Assembly (NCBI GenBank): GCA_030704615.1
Contig: CM060734.1
Span: 18,786,001-18,850,000, forward strand
Origin: Takakia lepidozioides
Taxonomy: Eukaryota > Plantae > Bryophyta
Reading direction: 5' to 3'
DNA length: 64,000 nucleotides
The notes beneath the pieces are model-generated. The model had not been told where the DNA came from and searched no databases. It saw only the letters and a list, made by a program, of their open reading frames with translations. Position numbers and translations under genes: made by a program. Positions 62,226 to 64,000 of the stretch are shown here, one piece after another (within the stretch, counting starts at the first letter, position 1; each line of letters opens with the position of its first letter).

Positions 62226-62569
62226 ATTAACATGCGCCGCCTATAACCGAGGATGGTCCTATGACCGTGGAATTAATGCAGGGAGAAAATATCCTCACAA
62301 AGTGTGCGCCATAGAGGTTGCCACGGGAAGACCTTCATCCCTCCTCAAATAACAATGAGAGTTAGGATCATCTTCAAAAGATGATTGTAGTGCATAGCGA
62401 CAGCAAGACATGTAGACTTCGAACGGTGCAATGACAAATGTGCTTTAAAAGTTGACACTCAGAGCTCACTCCGTATAGTTGGAGGCCATATCATTGCACC
62501 GCCGACGAATTGATGTGAATTACACATTTCAAATCATGGTCGTCCACATACCACATTGCATAGTTGATG

Positions 62570-64000
62570 CTACCCATGTGTTGTATCTCGCTGCAATAGA
62601 GTATCGACCTCGTTGAAACTCATAGTGGCCTGGTGAATGAAGTTGTCACGTTTGGGATCGCAAACCATCCTCTTCAAAAATATGAAATACAAATGTTTGC
62701 AGGGTATGAATTTACCTCTCTTGCCCAAACTGGTTGATAGCATATTCACAAAATCAGGACATGTGCAATTGGGAAAATTGGAAACCGTGATGTCGTAGGT
62801 CCTGTCATGAACAGCAGATGTGGAAGTGATGATTGTGAATACCCGACCATATCCTGGATCGAGTACTTCCGTGGTGCTTCCAACACGAGCTTGGAGCATT
62901 CTTGTGGACTCCACTTTGCCAAAGTGTTCAGCGGTTGGAGGGAAACGCCGAACGAGCTTTCCATCTCGTTTGGTTGGCCACAAGTCAGGATTTGCCGGGG
63001 GGACCTGGGAGGACGCAGAAGTAGTAGCACATGCATGGAGTTGGGGTTGTCTCGCAAGGGAAAAACCTGCCTCCCAGATTTCAATCTCCTGAAATCTGAG
63101 ATGTGTTCCCACCTTCACGGGCCAAACGGTTGGAGGAGATGGCTTCATCACTACGGAAGGACGCACAGTTCCATGCACACATCTGGCACAATCATCTGCG
63201 CAGAACCAGAACTTGTGGTTCTTGGCTTCTGGTTGACCGTATGGACGCATCAAACCCGTGAAAGTCGGAGCAGGAGTTCGGGCACCACCTCTGGATATAG
63301 ATGAAGTGCACTTCTCGAAATTAGTTGCCCTGATCGCTGTACATAACTTCACACGAGACCCTACACTTGTGCTTTCTATGTGCCAAACGTGGTCGGGGCA
63401 TGCGGACTCAAGCACATCAAGGGGGTGTTTCTCTCCTGCACCATTCAGTGGCACTGTTTGATGCTTAGCTTGCCGTCGTGTTGGAGGTTCCTCCACATGG
63501 AGGTTCCGGACATGGAGCTATCATGCAGGGAACACGAGGCTTCGAGAAGTTATCACGGTCTTCCCTGTGCGAATCGGAATCCGAACTAGGTGGAGTGTTC
63601 AATTTCCTCTTACAGGAGCCGAATCTCTCCTCCCCTTCAAGATGTGGAACTCTAAAACAAGTGGCGTTCCCTGGGCATACATGCTCACCGCCCGTGCTAT
63701 CTTGATTGGATCCCCAGATCTGTTTGCAGCACGCAACATCAACTCCCATTTGTCCGGACCCTTGCCACCACCCCACCTCGCAAGAAATCACGGTATCGGG
63801 TTTGTTGTTGCAAGCACGTATCAAATCATCTGTTGTTGCCACATACAATCCCGACCTCGTTTCCCAGACTGCTGCAACCATGCGTTGTGCACGTTTCTTT
63901 CTGCCAAATTGCAAGATGGCATGTCCGCCATTTCCTCAATGGACATGTTCTGCAAAGTGGAGAACCACACTTCAAACAGTGAACAGAAACAACATAAAGA
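62570..64000 (-). pseudogene. SWIM zinc-finger protein ORF, frameshifted, probably transposon-associated; likely continues beyond the window
   Basis: 308-aa ORF ending YDITVSNFPNCTCPDF...IPCKHLYFIF (CxC-xn-CxH SWIM). The overlapping upstream ORF 63465-63914 suggests a frameshift near 63490. Confidence 0.75.

Overview
This is eukaryotic land-plant DNA, not prokaryotic. It has GT-AG multi-exon genes, and a non-seed plant such as a moss, liverwort or lycophyte is my inference. Three recognisable host genes are present: a class-3 lipase gene with several frameshifts (17717-22296, +), a 10-exon A1 aspartic protease with a Pro-rich/GPI-like tail whose exon 1 is frameshifted by a 26-bp tandem duplication (39958-46690, +), and an intact intronless F-box/kelch gene (47749-49065, -). 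These sit in a dense mix of mobile DNA: a complete but decayed Ty1/copia element with LTRs, TSD and PBS; a hAT transposase; a decayed pogo/Fot1-like transposase; a TA-flanked pogo-type MITE; two nested hAT MITEs; L1-like and RTEX-like LINE remnants; tRNA-derived SINE-like heads; and SWIM-zinc-finger ORFs. There is also a 6.2-kb modular higher-order tandem array. The least explained items are a GU-rich rod-like hairpin (55736-55863), a SWIM-finger ORF with no visible transposase core at the window end, a decayed 30-aa-repeat gene (~7795-8850) and the modular array. I cannot demonstrate a new biological system from sequence alone. All family names come from motif recognition, not database searches.
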